From an uncultured Actinomycetota bacterium (GTDB lineage Bacteria; Actinomycetota; Actinomycetes; Mycobacteriales; CADCTP01), in contig CAVXZF010000007.1 of NCBI GenBank assembly GCA_963766325.1, positions 935,794-999,793 of the forward strand: a DNA stretch of 64,000 nucleotides, given 5' to 3'. A program made the position numbers and the translations under genes. The notes under the pieces are model-generated. The model saw only the letters and a list, made by a program, of their open reading frames with translations. It ran no database searches and was not told the DNA's origin. The first letter of the stretch is position 1; each line of letters begins with the position of its first letter. Shown one piece after another: positions 1-17,179 of this stretch.

Positions 1-71
1 CCGTGGTCGATGTGACCGATGGTGCCGATGTTGACGTGCGGCTTGGTCCGCTCGAACTTCGCCTTCGCCAC
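1..71 (-). CDS. tuf: elongation factor Tu, N-terminal fragment (gene continues past window start)
   Basis: The reverse complement reads a GTG start followed by [24 protein letters not shown] (EF-Tu G1 region). AGGAGGAG Shine-Dalgarno at 78-85. Canonical position downstream of fusA. Confidence 0.9.
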   Translation of the reverse strand, partial: MAKAKFERTKPHVNIGTIGHIDH

Positions 72-184
72 TGTGGGCTCCTCCTGTGACTGTCGTGCTC
101 GTACGTCGTGTGGACTGCGGCGCGGGGGTGGGCCCCGGCCAGAAGTGCTTACTGGCCGGTGGCCTTGGCGGTGTCGTTACTCGA

Positions 185-236
185 CTCCGGGCCAGCTCCG
201 CTCCTCGGGCGCCTGGGGCGCCCTGCGATGCTCACT
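185..236. repeat. Solo copy of a ~50-nt intergenic repeat core (CTCCGGGC...GCTCCGCTCCTCGGGCGCCTGGGGCGCCCTGCGATGCTCACT), also present in tandem at 22114-22301
   Basis: Near-identical string to 22131-22182 and 22215-22266. Contains the hairpin GGGCGCC-TGG-GGCGCCC. Its end overlaps the fusA stop codon (232-234). Confidence 0.75.
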
Positions 237-2328
237 GGCCCGTCGCCTTCGCAATGATCTCCTTCGCCACGTTCTGCGGTACTTCGGCGTAGGAGTCGAA
301 CACCATCGTGTAGCTCGCCCGCCCCTGGGTCCTCGACCGCAGGTCGCCGACGTAGCCGAACATCTCCGACAGCGGCACCAGGGCCCGGACGACGCGGGCT
401 CCGCCGCGCTCCTCCATCGCCTGGATCATGCCGCGCCGGGAGTTGAGGTCGCCGATCACGTCACCCATGTAGTCCTCCGGGGTGACGACCTCGACGGCCA
501 TCATGGGCTCCAGCAGAGCCGGGCTGGCCTTGCGCGCGGCCTCCTTGAACGCCATCGAGCCGGCGATCTTGAAGGCCATCTCGGACGAGTCCACCTCGTG
601 GTACGCGCCGTCGGTCAGCCGGACCCTGATCCCCACCAGCGGGTAGCCGGCGAGGATGCCGTACTGCATGGCCTCCTGCGCACCCTGGTCGACCGAAGGG
701 ATGTACTCCTTCGGCACCCGGCCGCCGGTGACCTTGTTCTCGAACTCGTAGGTGGCGCCGTCCTCGGTCTTCTCCAGCGGCTCGAGGTCGATGATGACCC
801 GGGCGTACTGGCCGGACCCACCGGTCTGCTTCTTGTGGGTGTACTCGACCTTGGTGACCGCCTTGCGGATGGTCTCCCGGTAGGCGACCTGCGGCTTGCC
901 GATGTTGGCCTCGACCTTGAACTCGCGCTTCATGCGGTCGACCAGCACCTCGAGGTGCAGCTCGCCCATGCCGGCGATGATCGTCTGGCCGGTCTCGTCG
1001 TCGTTGTGGACCTGGAAGGTCGGGTCCTCCTCGGCGAGCTTCTGGATCGCGGTGCCGAGCCGCTCCTGGTCCGCCTTGGTCTTCGGCTCGATGGCGACCT
1101 GGATGACCGGCTCCGGGAAGGACATCGACTCCAGGATGACCGGCTTGTTCGAGTCGGCGAGGGTGTCACCGGTCGTGGTCTGCTTCAGGCCGTTGACCGC
1201 GACGATCTCGCCGGCCGCGACGGACGGCCGCTCCTCACGCTTGTTCGCGTGCATCTGGAAGATCTTGCCGACCCGCTCCTTGCGGTCCTTGGTCGAGTTG
1301 AGGACCGGCGAACCGGCCTCGAGCCGACCCGAGTAGACCCGGATGTAGGTCAGCTTGCCCAGGTGCTGGTCGGTCTGGATCTTGAACGCGAGAGCGGAGA
1401 ACGGCTCGTCCATGTCGGCGTGCCGCAGCACCTCGGTCTCGCCGTCCAGCGCGGTCCCGGCGATGGCCGGGACGTCCAGCGGCGAGGGCAGGTAGTCGAC
1501 GACCGCGTCGAGCATGGGCTGCACGCCCTTGTTCTTGAACGCGGTGCCGAGCAGGACCGGGGTGAAGTGCTGCGCGATGGTGCCCCGCCGGATGGCGGCC
1601 CTGGTCTCCTCGACCGACAGCTCGGTGCCGTCGAGGTAGGCCTCCATGGCCTGGTCGTCGCCCTCGGCGATGGTCTCCACCATGGTGGAGCGCCACAGCT
1701 GCGCGTCGTCCAGGAGCTCCGCCGGGATGTCGACGGTCTCGTACGTCGCGCCCTTGTCCTCGCTGGTCCAGCGCAGGCCCTTCATCTCCACCAGGTCGAT
1801 GACCCCGACGAAGTCGGCCTCGACGCCCCACGGCAGCTGGAGCACCAGCGGGGTCGCGTTCAGCCGGTCGCGGATCATGTCCACGGTGCGGAAGAAGTTG
1901 GCCCCCGTGCGATCCATCTTGTTGACGAAGCACATCCGGGGCACGCCGTACTTGTCGGCCTGCCGCCAGACCTGCTCGGTCTGCGGCTCGACACCGGCGA
2001 CCGCGTCGTACACGGCCACCGCGCCGTCCAGGACGCGCAGCGAGCGCTCCACCTCGACGGTGAAGTCGACGTGGCCCGGGGTGTCGATGATGTTGATGGT
2101 GTGGTCGCGCCACGAGGTCTTGGTCGCGGCGGACGTGATCGTGATGCCGCGCTCCTGCTCCTGCGGCATCCAGTCCATCGTCGCGGCGCCCTCGTGGACC
2201 TCGCCGATCTTGTAGTTGATCCCGGTGTAGTAAAGGATCCGCTCGGTCGTCGTGGTTTTGCCCGCGTCGATGTGAGCCATGATCCCGATGTTGCGGGTCC
2301 TGGCCAGGTTCGCGTCGGCGGTAGCCAC
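232..2328 (-). CDS. fusA: elongation factor G
   Basis: The ORF-track protein contains [24 protein letters not shown] and full-length EF-G similarity. Start set at the GTG at 2328 ([15 protein letters not shown]...), giving ~698 aa. The upstream ATG at 2367 has no RBS. Confidence 0.95.
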   Translation of the reverse strand: MATADANLARTRNIGIMAHIDAGKTTTTERILYYTGINYKIGEVHEGAATMDWMPQEQERGITITSAATKTSWRDHTINIIDTPGHVDFTVEVERSLRVLDGAVAVYDAVAGVEPQTEQVWRQADKYGVPRMCFVNKMDRTGANFFRTVDMIRDRLNATPLVLQLPWGVEADFVGVIDLVEMKGLRWTSEDKGATYETVDIPAELLDDAQLWRSTMVETIAEGDDQAMEAYLDGTELSVEETRAAIRRGTIAQHFTPVLLGTAFKNKGVQPMLDAVVDYLPSPLDVPAIAGTALDGETEVLRHADMDEPFSALAFKIQTDQHLGKLTYIRVYSGRLEAGSPVLNSTKDRKERVGKIFQMHANKREERPSVAAGEIVAVNGLKQTTTGDTLADSNKPVILESMSFPEPVIQVAIEPKTKADQERLGTAIQKLAEEDPTFQVHNDDETGQTIIAGMGELHLEVLVDRMKREFKVEANIGKPQVAYRETIRKAVTKVEYTHKKQTGGSGQYARVIIDLEPLEKTEDGATYEFENKVTGGRVPKEYIPSVDQGAQEAMQYGILAGYPLVGIRVRLTDGAYHEVDSSEMAFKIAGSMAFKEAARKASPALLEPMMAVEVVTPEDYMGDVIGDLNSRRGMIQAMEERGGARVVRALVPLSEMFGYVGDLRSRTQGRASYTMVFDSYAEVPQNVAKEIIAKATGQ

Positions 2329-2384
2329 TGCTGTCTCTCTTCGCGTCGTCGTCGTCTCGCGACCCATGCGGGCCGCTGGCCGCA

Positions 2385-2855
2385 CTACCAGCGGTAGTGG
2401 GCGAAAGCCTTGTTGGACTCGGCCATCTTGTGGGTGTCCTCGCGCCGCTTGACGCTCGCGCCCAGGCCGTTGCTGGCGTCGAGCAGCTCGTTCATCAGGC
2501 GCTCGGTCATCGTCTTCTCCCGGCGACCCCGGCTGTACTGAATCAGCCAGCGAAGCGCGAGCGTGGTCTGCCGCGGGGTGCGGACCTCGACGGGCACCTG
2601 GTACGTCGCGCCACCCACCCGGCGGCTCTTCACCTCGATGGCCGGCTTCACGTTGTCCAGAGCCCGCTTGAGGGTGACCACCGGGTCGTTGCCGGACTTC
2701 TCCCGGCAACCCTCCAGAGCGCCGTAGACGATCTTCTCCGCGACGGACCGCTTGCCGTCCATCAGCACCTTGTTGACCAGCTGCGTCACCAGCGGCGAGC
2801 CGTACACCGGGTCGATGACGACCTGGTGCTTCGGGGCGGGGCCCTTGCGAGGCAC
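2385..2855 (-). CDS. rpsG: 30S ribosomal protein S7
   Basis: 156 aa, [31 protein letters not shown]... GTG start overlaps the rpsL stop by 1 nt. Confidence 0.97.
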   Translation of the reverse strand: MPRKGPAPKHQVVIDPVYGSPLVTQLVNKVLMDGKRSVAEKIVYGALEGCREKSGNDPVVTLKRALDNVKPAIEVKSRRVGGATYQVPVEVRTPRQTTLALRWLIQYSRGRREKTMTERLMNELLDASNGLGASVKRREDTHKMAESNKAFAHYRW

Positions 2856-3229
2856 TAGCTCTTCTCCTTCTTCGCGCCGTACCGGCTGCGGGCCTGCTTG
2901 CGGCCCCGCACGCCCTGGGTGTCCAGGGAGCCGCGGATGATCTTGTACCGGACGCCCGGCAGGTCCTTAACCCGGCCGCCGCGCACGAGCACCATCGAGT
3001 GCTCCTGCAGGTTGTGGCCGACGCCCGGGATGTACGCCGTGACCTCGATCTGGCTGGTCAGCCGGACCCGCGCGACCTTGCGCAGCGCCGAGTTGGGCTT
3101 CTTCGGCGTGGTCGTGTAGACGCGGGTGCAGACGCCGCGGCGCTGCGGGCTCCCCTTGAGCGCCGGGGTCTTGGTCTTCTCGACCTTGTCCTGGCGGCCC
3201 TTGCGGACCAGCTGCTGGATCGTGGGCAT
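2855..3229 (-). CDS. rpsL: 30S ribosomal protein S12
   Basis: [52 protein letters not shown]..., 124 aa from the ATG at 3229. The longer track ORF (to 3424) is an upstream extension. Confidence 0.97.
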   Translation of the reverse strand: MPTIQQLVRKGRQDKVEKTKTPALKGSPQRRGVCTRVYTTTPKKPNSALRKVARVRLTSQIEVTAYIPGVGHNLQEHSMVLVRGGRVKDLPGVRYKIIRGSLDTQGVRGRKQARSRYGAKKEKS

Positions 3230-3635
3230 GGGCGGCCTGGATCTCCCTGTCAGGTCGTGCGCGGTCGGGTGCTGCCCTGTCCGACCCCCGCGGTCGGGCG
3301 TGTCGCCCGGCCGAGGTCCACCCGCGGCAAGTCGCTGCGAATTGGGCCGATCGGCAGCCCGTGCGTGCCAGCTGCCCGAGGGCGGCGCGGCGGCGCGCGG
3401 GACGGCCCAGGTCACCCTGGGCACGAAGGAAGAGGGTACCGACTGGGAGCTGGGCGGTCAAAACCGGCCGGCACCGTCGGCGGCACCTGCGGCGCCGTCC
3501 TCCGAAGAGTAAAGCGCCGCTGGCTGCTTCCGCGAGAGGGAACGCCGGGTCTGGGCGGACAATTCCGGTCCGCCTGCGGGCGTAGCCTGGCGGGTCTCGG
3601 CGGGTGCGCGCAGGCGCGGAGGAGGCGGCGGGCCG

Positions 3636-4172
3636 TTGAACTTCGACAGCTACACCGACCGCGTCGTCGGCGTCGCGGCCGGCCTGGTCAACGCGCTGAC
3701 CGAGGGCGAGCACGGCGGCCGGCCGGTGCGGGCCGACGTGGAGCGGGCCGCCACGGTCCTGGGACGGCCGGTGGCGGCCGCCGAGGCGACCGAGCTGGCC
3801 CGGCTCGCCGGCCAGCTGCGCCCGGTCTTCCTCGCCGCCGAGGAGGGCGCCACGGACCGGGTGGCCGAGCTGGTCAACGCGCTGCTGGCCGACTACCGCA
3901 GCGAGCCGCGGCTGTCCCGGCACGACGGCGAGCCGTGGCACCTGCACTTCACCTCGGCGGCCGGCACCGAGTGGGGCGCCGCCTGCGCCACCGGGCTCGC
4001 CGTGGTGGTGGACGGCCAGGCCACCGGCCGGCTCGGGGTGTGCCGGGCCGACGGGTGCGACCGGGTCTACGTCGACGTCTCCCGCAACGCATCGCGCCGC
4101 TTCTGCTCGGAGGCCTGCCTCAACCGCACCAAGGTCGCCGCCTTCCGCGCCCGCGCCCGCAGCACCCGCTAG
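3636..4172 (+). CDS. CGNR zinc-finger domain protein (ABATE/zf-CGNR family, putative nucleic-acid binding)
   Basis: C-terminus CRADGCDRVYVDVSRNASRRFCSEACLNRTKVAAFR matches the CGNR zinc-finger pattern. TTG start. Confidence 0.7.
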   Translation: MNFDSYTDRVVGVAAGLVNALTEGEHGGRPVRADVERAATVLGRPVAAAEATELARLAGQLRPVFLAAEEGATDRVAELVNALLADYRSEPRLSRHDGEPWHLHFTSAAGTEWGAACATGLAVVVDGQATGRLGVCRADGCDRVYVDVSRNASRRFCSEACLNRTKVAAFRARARSTR

Positions 4173-4187
4173 CGGCCGCTGAGCCCG

Positions 4188-4221
4188 CGAGGGGCGGCTC
4201 CCGGTGGGGAGCCGCCCCTCG
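4188..4221. terminator. Bidirectional hairpin between the convergent CGNR gene and rpoC
   Basis: 14-bp perfect stem CGAGGGGCGGCTCC / GGAGCCGCCCCTCG with a 6-nt loop, located between the stop codons at 4170-4172 and 4235-4237. Confidence 0.6.
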
Positions 4222-4234
4222 GCGGTCGTACGGC

Positions 4235-8140
<3,906 letters not shown>

Positions 8141-8224
8141 TTGTCCCTCTTTCAGGGTTGTAGATCCATGGTCGTCGGGCGGCAGGCCGGCCGGCCCCGC
8201 TCAGGGGGCCGGCCGGCGCCACCG

Positions 8225-11674
<3,450 letters not shown>

Positions 11675-11791
11675 GATGCGTCCTTCCAAGGACAGGCGCC
11701 GTCAGTGCGCGCGCAGCCTCGGACCCCCCGGACTTCGCCGGAGGCAGGGCCCTGGACGGAGGCGGGAGGTTAGAGGGCAGCGCAAACTGGC

Positions 11792-11820
11792 AGTGTAGCC
11801 GTAACGCACACTGCTGTCGA
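11792..11820 (-). promoter_or_regulatory. Putative housekeeping-sigma promoter for rpoBC (TCGACA-17 nt-TACACT on the minus strand)
   Basis: On the minus strand, -35 TCGACA (11815-11820), a 17-nt spacer and -10 TACACT (11792-11797), about 110 nt upstream of the rpoB start. Motif reading only. Confidence 0.35.
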
Positions 11821-12110
11821 GGCCGCCGCCCTTCCCCTGACGTCCACTTCGTGCGTCAGAGTGACTCGCCGGGCGCAGGACGTCAAGAGCGTGCGGGACG
11901 GCGTGTTGCGCCGGACTCCATTCCGATGCATTTGCGGGCAGCTGACCTGCGGGGTCGCGACCGGCCGGCCCGGGGCCTCGTCACCCCGCAGCCCACGTCG
12001 ACGAGGGGTCGACAGCGGGTTACGACTGCTTGCGGGATTCGCCGCCGATTCCACTCAATGACGCAGGGTCACCGAAATGATAACTCTGTGTTATCAACCT
12101 GGAGATGCCG

Positions 12111-12142
12111 CTGCCCCGCCCGGCGGAACCCGGGCGGGGCAG
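12111..12142 (-). terminator. Hairpin (attenuator/terminator) just downstream of rplL
   Basis: 13-bp perfect GC-rich stem CTGCCCCGCCCGG / CCGGGCGGGGCAG with a 6-nt loop, 18 nt after the rplL stop. No clear U-tract, as is common in actinomycetes. Confidence 0.55.
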
Positions 12143-12159
12143 TGGTCGGGACTGCTGGA

Positions 12160-12549
12160 CTACTTGAGGGTCACGGTGGCGCCGGCGGCCTCGAGCTGCG
12201 CCTTGGCCTTCTCCGCGGTCTCCTTGTTCGCCTTCTCCAGGACCGGCTTCGGCGCGCCGTCGACCAGGTCCTTGGCCTCCTTCAGGCCCAGGCTGGTCAG
12301 CGCGCGCACCTCCTTGATGACCTGGATCTTCTTGTCGCCGGCAGCCTCGAGGACGACGTCGAACTCCTCCTGCTCCTCGACCGCCGGGGCCTCGGCGGCC
12401 GCGCCGCCGCCACCGGCCGCGGCCACGGCGACCGGCGCCGCCGCGGTCACGCCGAAGGTGTCCTCGAACTGCTTCACGAACTCGGACAGCTCGAGCAGCG
12501 TCATCTCCTTGAACGCGTCGAGCAGGTCCTCGGTGTTGAGCTTCGCCAT
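12160..12549 (-). CDS. rplL: 50S ribosomal protein L7/L12
   Basis: 129 aa, [34 protein letters not shown]...[17 protein letters not shown]. Confidence 0.97.
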   Translation of the reverse strand: MAKLNTEDLLDAFKEMTLLELSEFVKQFEDTFGVTAAAPVAVAAAGGGGAAAEAPAVEEQEEFDVVLEAAGDKKIQVIKEVRALTSLGLKEAKDLVDGAPKPVLEKANKETAEKAKAQLEAAGATVTLK

Positions 12550-12567
12550 GTCGGCGGTCCTCTCCTC

Positions 12568-13137
12568 TTACTCGGTCGCCGAGTCGGCGGGGGGCGGGTC
12601 GGCCGGGGCGGTCGCGCCGCTCTCGGCCTGCTTCTTCTCCTGCAGGGCGGCGGCGAGCCGCGCGACCTGCGACAGCGGGGCCTGGAACAGGCCGGCCGCC
12701 TTGGCCAGCGAGCCCTGCATGGCGCCGGCCAGCTTGGCCAGCAGCACCTCGCGCGGCTCGACGTCGGCCAGCTTGCGGACCTCGTCCGGGGAGAGCGCCT
12801 TGCCCTCCAGCACGCCGCCCTTGATCACCAGCAGCGGGTTTGTGCGCGAGAAGTCGCGCAGGCCCCTGGCCGCCTCGACCGGGTCGCCGCCGATGAACGC
12901 GATCGCGGTGGGTCCGGTGAGCAGGTCGTCCGGGACCGGGAAGCCGGCCTCGGCCGCGGCCCGCTTGGTCAGCGTGTTCTTCACGACCGCGTACGTCGTG
13001 TCGCCGCCGAGCGAGCGCCGCAACTGGGTCAGCTGGGCCATGGTGAGCCCGCGGTACTCGGTCAGCACCGCCGCCGACGAGCCCTGGAATCGCTCGGTGA
13101 GCTCGGCGACCGCCGCGGTCTTCTCCTGGTTCGCCAC
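12568..13137 (-). CDS. rplJ: 50S ribosomal protein L10
   Basis: 189 aa, [44 protein letters not shown]... GTG start with a GAGAGGAGG RBS. Confidence 0.96.
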   Translation of the reverse strand: MANQEKTAAVAELTERFQGSSAAVLTEYRGLTMAQLTQLRRSLGGDTTYAVVKNTLTKRAAAEAGFPVPDDLLTGPTAIAFIGGDPVEAARGLRDFSRTNPLLVIKGGVLEGKALSPDEVRKLADVEPREVLLAKLAGAMQGSLAKAAGLFQAPLSQVARLAAALQEKKQAESGATAPADPPPADSATE

Positions 13138-13335
13138 GTGCCTCCTCTCTCGTGCTCGGGCCGGTCGGTCAGGTCCCGGAACGAGAGACGCCCCGGCGCA
13201 GGGCGCACGGGGCGGGTCGCGGCCTCGGCCGCGGCGGCACCGTCCATCCTGCGCGGGTCGCCCGTCTCGCGACGGAACCTTCGGCTGGGCGGACCCAGCG
13301 ACCGGCGGTCTTCGGTGGAACTAGCGGGAGCCATG
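13138..13335 (-). promoter_or_regulatory. rplJ 5' leader and promoter region (possible L10(L12)4 autoregulatory leader)
   Basis: 198-nt structured GC-rich untranslated gap directly upstream of rplJ, where L10 leaders are known in Gram-positives. The structure itself was not verified here. Confidence 0.35.
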
Positions 13336-14442
13336 CTACACGGGCGGGCGGATGGTCCCGTCGGCGGCGATGCGCGCGGCGGTGGCGCCGAAGTCCTCCC
13401 GGGACAGCCGCGCGACCAGCCCGACCGCGGCGCGGTCCGGGTCCGGCTCGGCGTACCCGGGCGGCACCTGCCGGGTCGGGTGCAGCCGGCCGGCGACCCA
13501 CCGCCCATCCGCGGCGAAGGTCAGGTGCAGGACCGCGGTCGTCCCGGTCACCCCGGCCGAGGACAGGGTGCGGTAGCCGACCAGGTTGCCGACCGAGTAT
13601 GCGACCGGGCGGCCGGCCACCACCTCGGCGCCCCGGACCACGTGCGGCCCGGCACCGAGCACCGCGTCCGCGCCGGCGGCGATCGCGGTCCGGGCGAAGG
13701 CGCGCAGGTCGCCGCGGTCCTCACCGAAGGCGGTCTCCCGGCCGGCCGGCACGTGCAGCGCGTCCGGCCCCTCGGCGCCGCCGTGGAAGACGACGACCAC
13801 CACGTCGGCGGCCGCGGCCGCGCGGGTGACCAGGGCGCGGACCGCGGCCGGGTCGTTGAGCGGCGCCGCCCAGCCGTACGGGGCGAAGCCGACCACGGCG
13901 ACCCGGATGCCGCGCGCGGTGCGTACGGCGATGTCGTCCGGACTGCCGGTGGGCAGGATGCCGGCACCGCGGACGGCCGCCCGGGTCTCGGCCAGCCCGG
14001 CCGGCCCGTAGTCGTGGCTGTGGTTGTTGGCCAGGCTGAGCACGTCGTAGCCGGCGTCGGCGAACAGCCGCGCGTACGCGGGCGGGGCTCGGAAGGCGAC
14101 GCAGTCCTCGCTGTCCGGCTCGCACTTGGTGCTGGTGGTGACCCCGGTGAGCGTGCCCTCCAGGTTGCCGATCATCACGTCCGGCCGGCGCAGCAGCGGG
14201 GTCACCGCGCGCAGCAACCGGCCGGGGTCGGGCGGCAGCCCCCGCTCGACGCTCGCCGGCACCGCGTCCCCGGACCATCCCACCGTGACGGTGGGCGGCG
14301 GGGCGGCGCGGGGCGAGGGTGCGGCGGCCGGGGTGGTCGGCGCCGGCGTGGTGGGCGCGGTCCTGGGCGGCGCCGGGTCCTCCCCGCCGCACCCGGCCAG
14401 CACGAGCACGACGACGGCCGCCGCCGCGGCCCGCCGCCTCAC
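13336..14442 (-). CDS. CapA-family (poly-gamma-glutamate synthesis/metallophosphatase-like) lipoprotein
   Basis: 368 aa. Signal peptide with lipobox VLVLAGC. LSLANNHSHDYGPAGL and VVVFHGGAEG motifs are typical of the CapA/PGA_cap family. Confidence 0.75.
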   Translation of the reverse strand: MRRRAAAAAVVVLVLAGCGGEDPAPPRTAPTTPAPTTPAAAPSPRAAPPPTVTVGWSGDAVPASVERGLPPDPGRLLRAVTPLLRRPDVMIGNLEGTLTGVTTSTKCEPDSEDCVAFRAPPAYARLFADAGYDVLSLANNHSHDYGPAGLAETRAAVRGAGILPTGSPDDIAVRTARGIRVAVVGFAPYGWAAPLNDPAAVRALVTRAAAAADVVVVVFHGGAEGPDALHVPAGRETAFGEDRGDLRAFARTAIAAGADAVLGAGPHVVRGAEVVAGRPVAYSVGNLVGYRTLSSAGVTGTTAVLHLTFAADGRWVAGRLHPTRQVPPGYAEPDPDRAAVGLVARLSREDFGATAARIAADGTIRPPV

Positions 14443-14617
14443 CCGGACCGGCCCGCGCGGTGCAGACCGACCGCGCCGGCGGCCAGCAGCAGGCCGGCCC
14501 GCAGCCGGCGGGCGCGGCGCGGGCCGGTCCGCTCAGGGTCACCCGGCGGCTGCACGCGGTCAGGCTAGTCGCTCGCCCGTGCCGGCACCGGCGGTCCGCA
14601 GATCCCACCCGGAGACG

Positions 14618-14655
14618 CCGCAGGCGCCTCCGGGAGTCCCGGGAGGCGCCTGCGG
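14618..14655 (-). terminator. Long hairpin downstream of rplA (rplKA operon terminator)
   Basis: CCGCAGGCGCCTCCGGGA / TCCCGGGAGGCGCCTGCGG, a ~17-bp stem with one bulge, 11 nt after the rplA stop at 14666. Confidence 0.6.
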
Positions 14656-14665
14656 GCGGGGTTGC

Positions 14666-15388
14666 TCAGGCCGGGGCGGCGGAGTCCTCGGAGAGCAGGT
14701 TGCGGGTCTGGTTCGGGTCGACCGGGATGCCGGGGCCCATCGTGGTGGTGAAGGTGACCTTGCGCAGGTACTTGCCCTTCGCCGTGGCCGGCTTGGCCCG
14801 GCTGACCTCATCCAGGGCGGCCGCGTAGTTTTCCACCAGCCGCTCGACCGGGAAGCTCGCCTTGCCGATCACCAGGTGCAGGTTGGACTGCTTGTCCACC
14901 TTGAAGGTGATCTTGCCGCCCTTGATGTCCGCGACCGCCTTGGCCACGTCCATGGTCACGGTGCCGGTCTTCGGGTTGGGCATCAGGCCGCGCGGGCCGA
15001 GGATGCGGGCGATCCGGCCGACCTTGCTCATCTGGTCCGGGGTCGCGATGGCCGCGTCGAAGTCCAGGTAGCCCTCCTGGATCCGGGCGATCAGGTCCTC
15101 CGCGCCAACCACGTCCGCGCCGGCCGCCTCGGCCTCGGCCGCCTTGTCGCCGGAGGCGAAGACGATCACCTTCGCGGTCTTGCCGGTGCCGTGCGGCAGG
15201 TTGACCGTGCCGCGGACCATCTGGTCGGCCTTGCGGGGGTCGACGCCCAGCCGCATGGCGACCTCGACGGTCGCGTCGTACTTGGTCGTCGAGGTCTCCT
15301 TGGCCAGCTTGGCCGCCTCGAGCGGGGTGTGCAGGCGGGTCTTGTCGACCTGCTCGGACGCCTGCCTGTACGCCTTGCTGCGCTTCAC
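14666..15388 (-). CDS. rplA: 50S ribosomal protein L1
   Basis: 240 aa, [70 protein letters not shown]. Confidence 0.97.
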   Translation of the reverse strand: MKRSKAYRQASEQVDKTRLHTPLEAAKLAKETSTTKYDATVEVAMRLGVDPRKADQMVRGTVNLPHGTGKTAKVIVFASGDKAAEAEAAGADVVGAEDLIARIQEGYLDFDAAIATPDQMSKVGRIARILGPRGLMPNPKTGTVTMDVAKAVADIKGGKITFKVDKQSNLHLVIGKASFPVERLVENYAAALDEVSRAKPATAKGKYLRKVTFTTTMGPGIPVDPNQTRNLLSEDSAAPA

Positions 15389-15451
15389 TGCTCTCCTTCA
15401 GTGGTGATGGCGGACCCGGGACGGGGCCCTCCCACGGGTGGTCCGAACGCG

Positions 15452-15883
15452 TCAGTCGCGGACGGTGATTCCCATCGACCGGGCGGTGCCGGCGATGATC
15501 CGCTCGGCGTGGTCGAGGTCGGTCGCGTTGAGGTCGGGCAGCTTGGTCTGCGCGATCTCGCGGACCTGCTCCCGGCTGACCGTGGCGACCTTGGTCTTGT
15601 GCGGCTCGCCGGAGCCCTTTTCCACGCCCGCGGCGGCCAGCAGCAGCCGGGCCGCCGGCGGGGTCTTGGTGACGAAGGTGAACGAGCGGTCCTCGTACAC
15701 CGAGATCTCGACCGGCACGACCTGGCCGCGCTGCGCCTCGGTGGCGGCGTTGTACTGCTTGCAGAACTCCATGATGTTGACGCCGTGCTGGCCCAGCGCC
15801 GGACCGACCGGCGGGGCGGGCGTCGCGACACCAGCCTTGATCTGCAGCTTGATGACCGCGGTGAGCTTCCTCTTCGGGGGCAC
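15452..15883 (-). CDS. rplK: 50S ribosomal protein L11
   Basis: 143 aa, [49 protein letters not shown]. Confidence 0.97.
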   Translation of the reverse strand: MPPKRKLTAVIKLQIKAGVATPAPPVGPALGQHGVNIMEFCKQYNAATEAQRGQVVPVEISVYEDRSFTFVTKTPPAARLLLAAAGVEKGSGEPHKTKVATVSREQVREIAQTKLPDLNATDLDHAERIIAGTARSMGITVRD

Positions 15884-15908
15884 TGACTCTTCTCTTCTCT
15901 GTGGACCT

Positions 15909-16607
15909 TCAGATCTTGGAAACCTGGTTGAACGACAGCTCGACGGGCGTCTCGCGGCCGAAGATGGAGACCAGCACCTTGACCTTCTGGGCGTCCGGGC
16001 TGATCTCCGAGATGGTGGCGGGCAGGGTGGCGAACGGGCCGTCCATGACGGTGACCGACTCGCCCACCTCGAAGTCCACGACCTTGACCTGCGGCCGCTC
16101 CGCCTTCTTCTGGGTGGCCGGGGCGAGGATCTTGACGACCTCGTCCAGCGACAGCGGGGACGGCCGGGACGTCGCGCCGACGAACCCGGTGACCCCCGGG
16201 GTGTTGCGGACCGCGCCCCACGACTCGTCGTTGAGGTCCATCCGGACCAGGATGTAGCCGGGGAAGACCTTGCGCTGGACCTGCTGGCGCTTGCCGTTCT
16301 TGATCTCGGTGACCTCCTCGGTGGGCACCTCGACCTGGAAGATGAAGTCCTCCATGTCGAGCGAGGCGATCCGGCTCTCCAGGTTGGTCTTCACCTTGTT
16401 CTCGTAGCCGGCGTAGGAGTGCACCACGTACCAGTCGCCCGGCGCGGTCTGCAGGGCCCGGCGCAGCTCGGTGGCCGGGTCCTCCTCCTCGACCTCGTCG
16501 GTCGCCGCGGCGTCGGCCGCGGCGTCGGGGTCGCCGGCCGGCGGCGCGGCGGAGGCGTCGAGCTGCTCGTCCTCCACCGGGAGGCCGGTCTCGTCGAGCT
16601 GGGACAC
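15909..16607 (-). CDS. nusG: transcription termination/antitermination factor NusG (acidic N-terminal extension)
   Basis: [21 protein letters not shown]...[11 protein letters not shown]...[24 protein letters not shown] (NGN + KOW). Start set at the in-frame GTG at 16607 (VSQLDETG...), downstream of the secE stop. The track ORF to 17030 is read-through. Confidence 0.93.
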   Translation of the reverse strand: MSQLDETGLPVEDEQLDASAAPPAGDPDAAADAAATDEVEEEDPATELRRALQTAPGDWYVVHSYAGYENKVKTNLESRIASLDMEDFIFQVEVPTEEVTEIKNGKRQQVQRKVFPGYILVRMDLNDESWGAVRNTPGVTGFVGATSRPSPLSLDEVVKILAPATQKKAERPQVKVVDFEVGESVTVMDGPFATLPATISEISPDAQKVKVLVSIFGRETPVELSFNQVSKI

Positions 16608-16681
16608 GCGGGAACTCTCTTCCGTCGGTGCGGGCCGGGGCGCGGGGCGCCGGCGCGCGGTATCAGGTGGGGCGGCTGCGC

Positions 16682-16942
16682 TCAGGCGAAGATCCAGGTC
16701 ACCAGCTTGGCGAAGCCGATGTCCAAGCCGGTGACCAGCGCCGTCATGACCGAGACGAAGACGATGACCACGGTCGTGTAGGTCACCAGCTCCTTGCGGG
16801 TCGGCCAGATGACCTTGCTGAGCTCGGCCACGACCTCGCGCAGGAACCGGGACAGCCGAGCGATCGGACCACCGCGCGTGCGGGCAGCCGTCTTCGACGG
16901 CCTGGCCGGCTGCTCCGGGGAAGCGTCCCGGGTCTGGGTCAC
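16682..16942 (-). CDS. secE: preprotein translocase subunit SecE
   Basis: 86 aa from the GTG at 16942 (GAGGAG RBS): ...[59 protein letters not shown]. It forms the C-terminus of a chimeric 859-aa track ORF. Confidence 0.93.
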   Translation of the reverse strand: MTQTRDASPEQPARPSKTAARTRGGPIARLSRFLREVVAELSKVIWPTRKELVTYTTVVIVFVSVMTALVTGLDIGFAKLVTWIFA

Positions 16943-17000
16943 GAGGGTCTCCTCGGTCGGTGGAGCATGTGCCGCAAGCGGTGCGATGGCACCACGAGCG

Positions 17001-17073
17001 CAGGGGCGACAGGACTCGAACCTGCAACAACCGGTTTTGGAGACCGGGACTCTGCCAATTGAGCTACGCCCCT
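17001..17073 (-). tRNA. tRNA-Trp (anticodon CCA)
   Basis: The reverse complement AGGGGCGTAGCTCAATTGGCAGAGTCCCGGTCTCCAAAACCGGTTGTTGCAGGTTCGAGTCCTGTCGCCCCTG folds by eye into a cloverleaf. Anticodon loop CTCCAAA. Canonical position upstream of secE. Confidence 0.92.
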
Positions 17074-17179
17074 TCCGGGCCGGCGGGTCCTGCCCATGCT
17101 GGCGCAGGGGCCTGCCACCCCAGATCGGACAGTGTACGCACCGTCCCCCGCCGAACAAAGTCGACAGCGCGCTGTCAGG

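Noticed and set aside
19-2397. 792-aa plus-strand ORF
   Set aside because: Antisense to fusA; same GC artefact.
13152-13829. Several 70-225-aa ORFs overlapping the rplJ leader and the CapA-like gene on both strands
   Set aside because: Their composition is Arg/Pro/Gly-rich and they overlap a motif-bearing gene or a known leader region. They are GC-frame artefacts.
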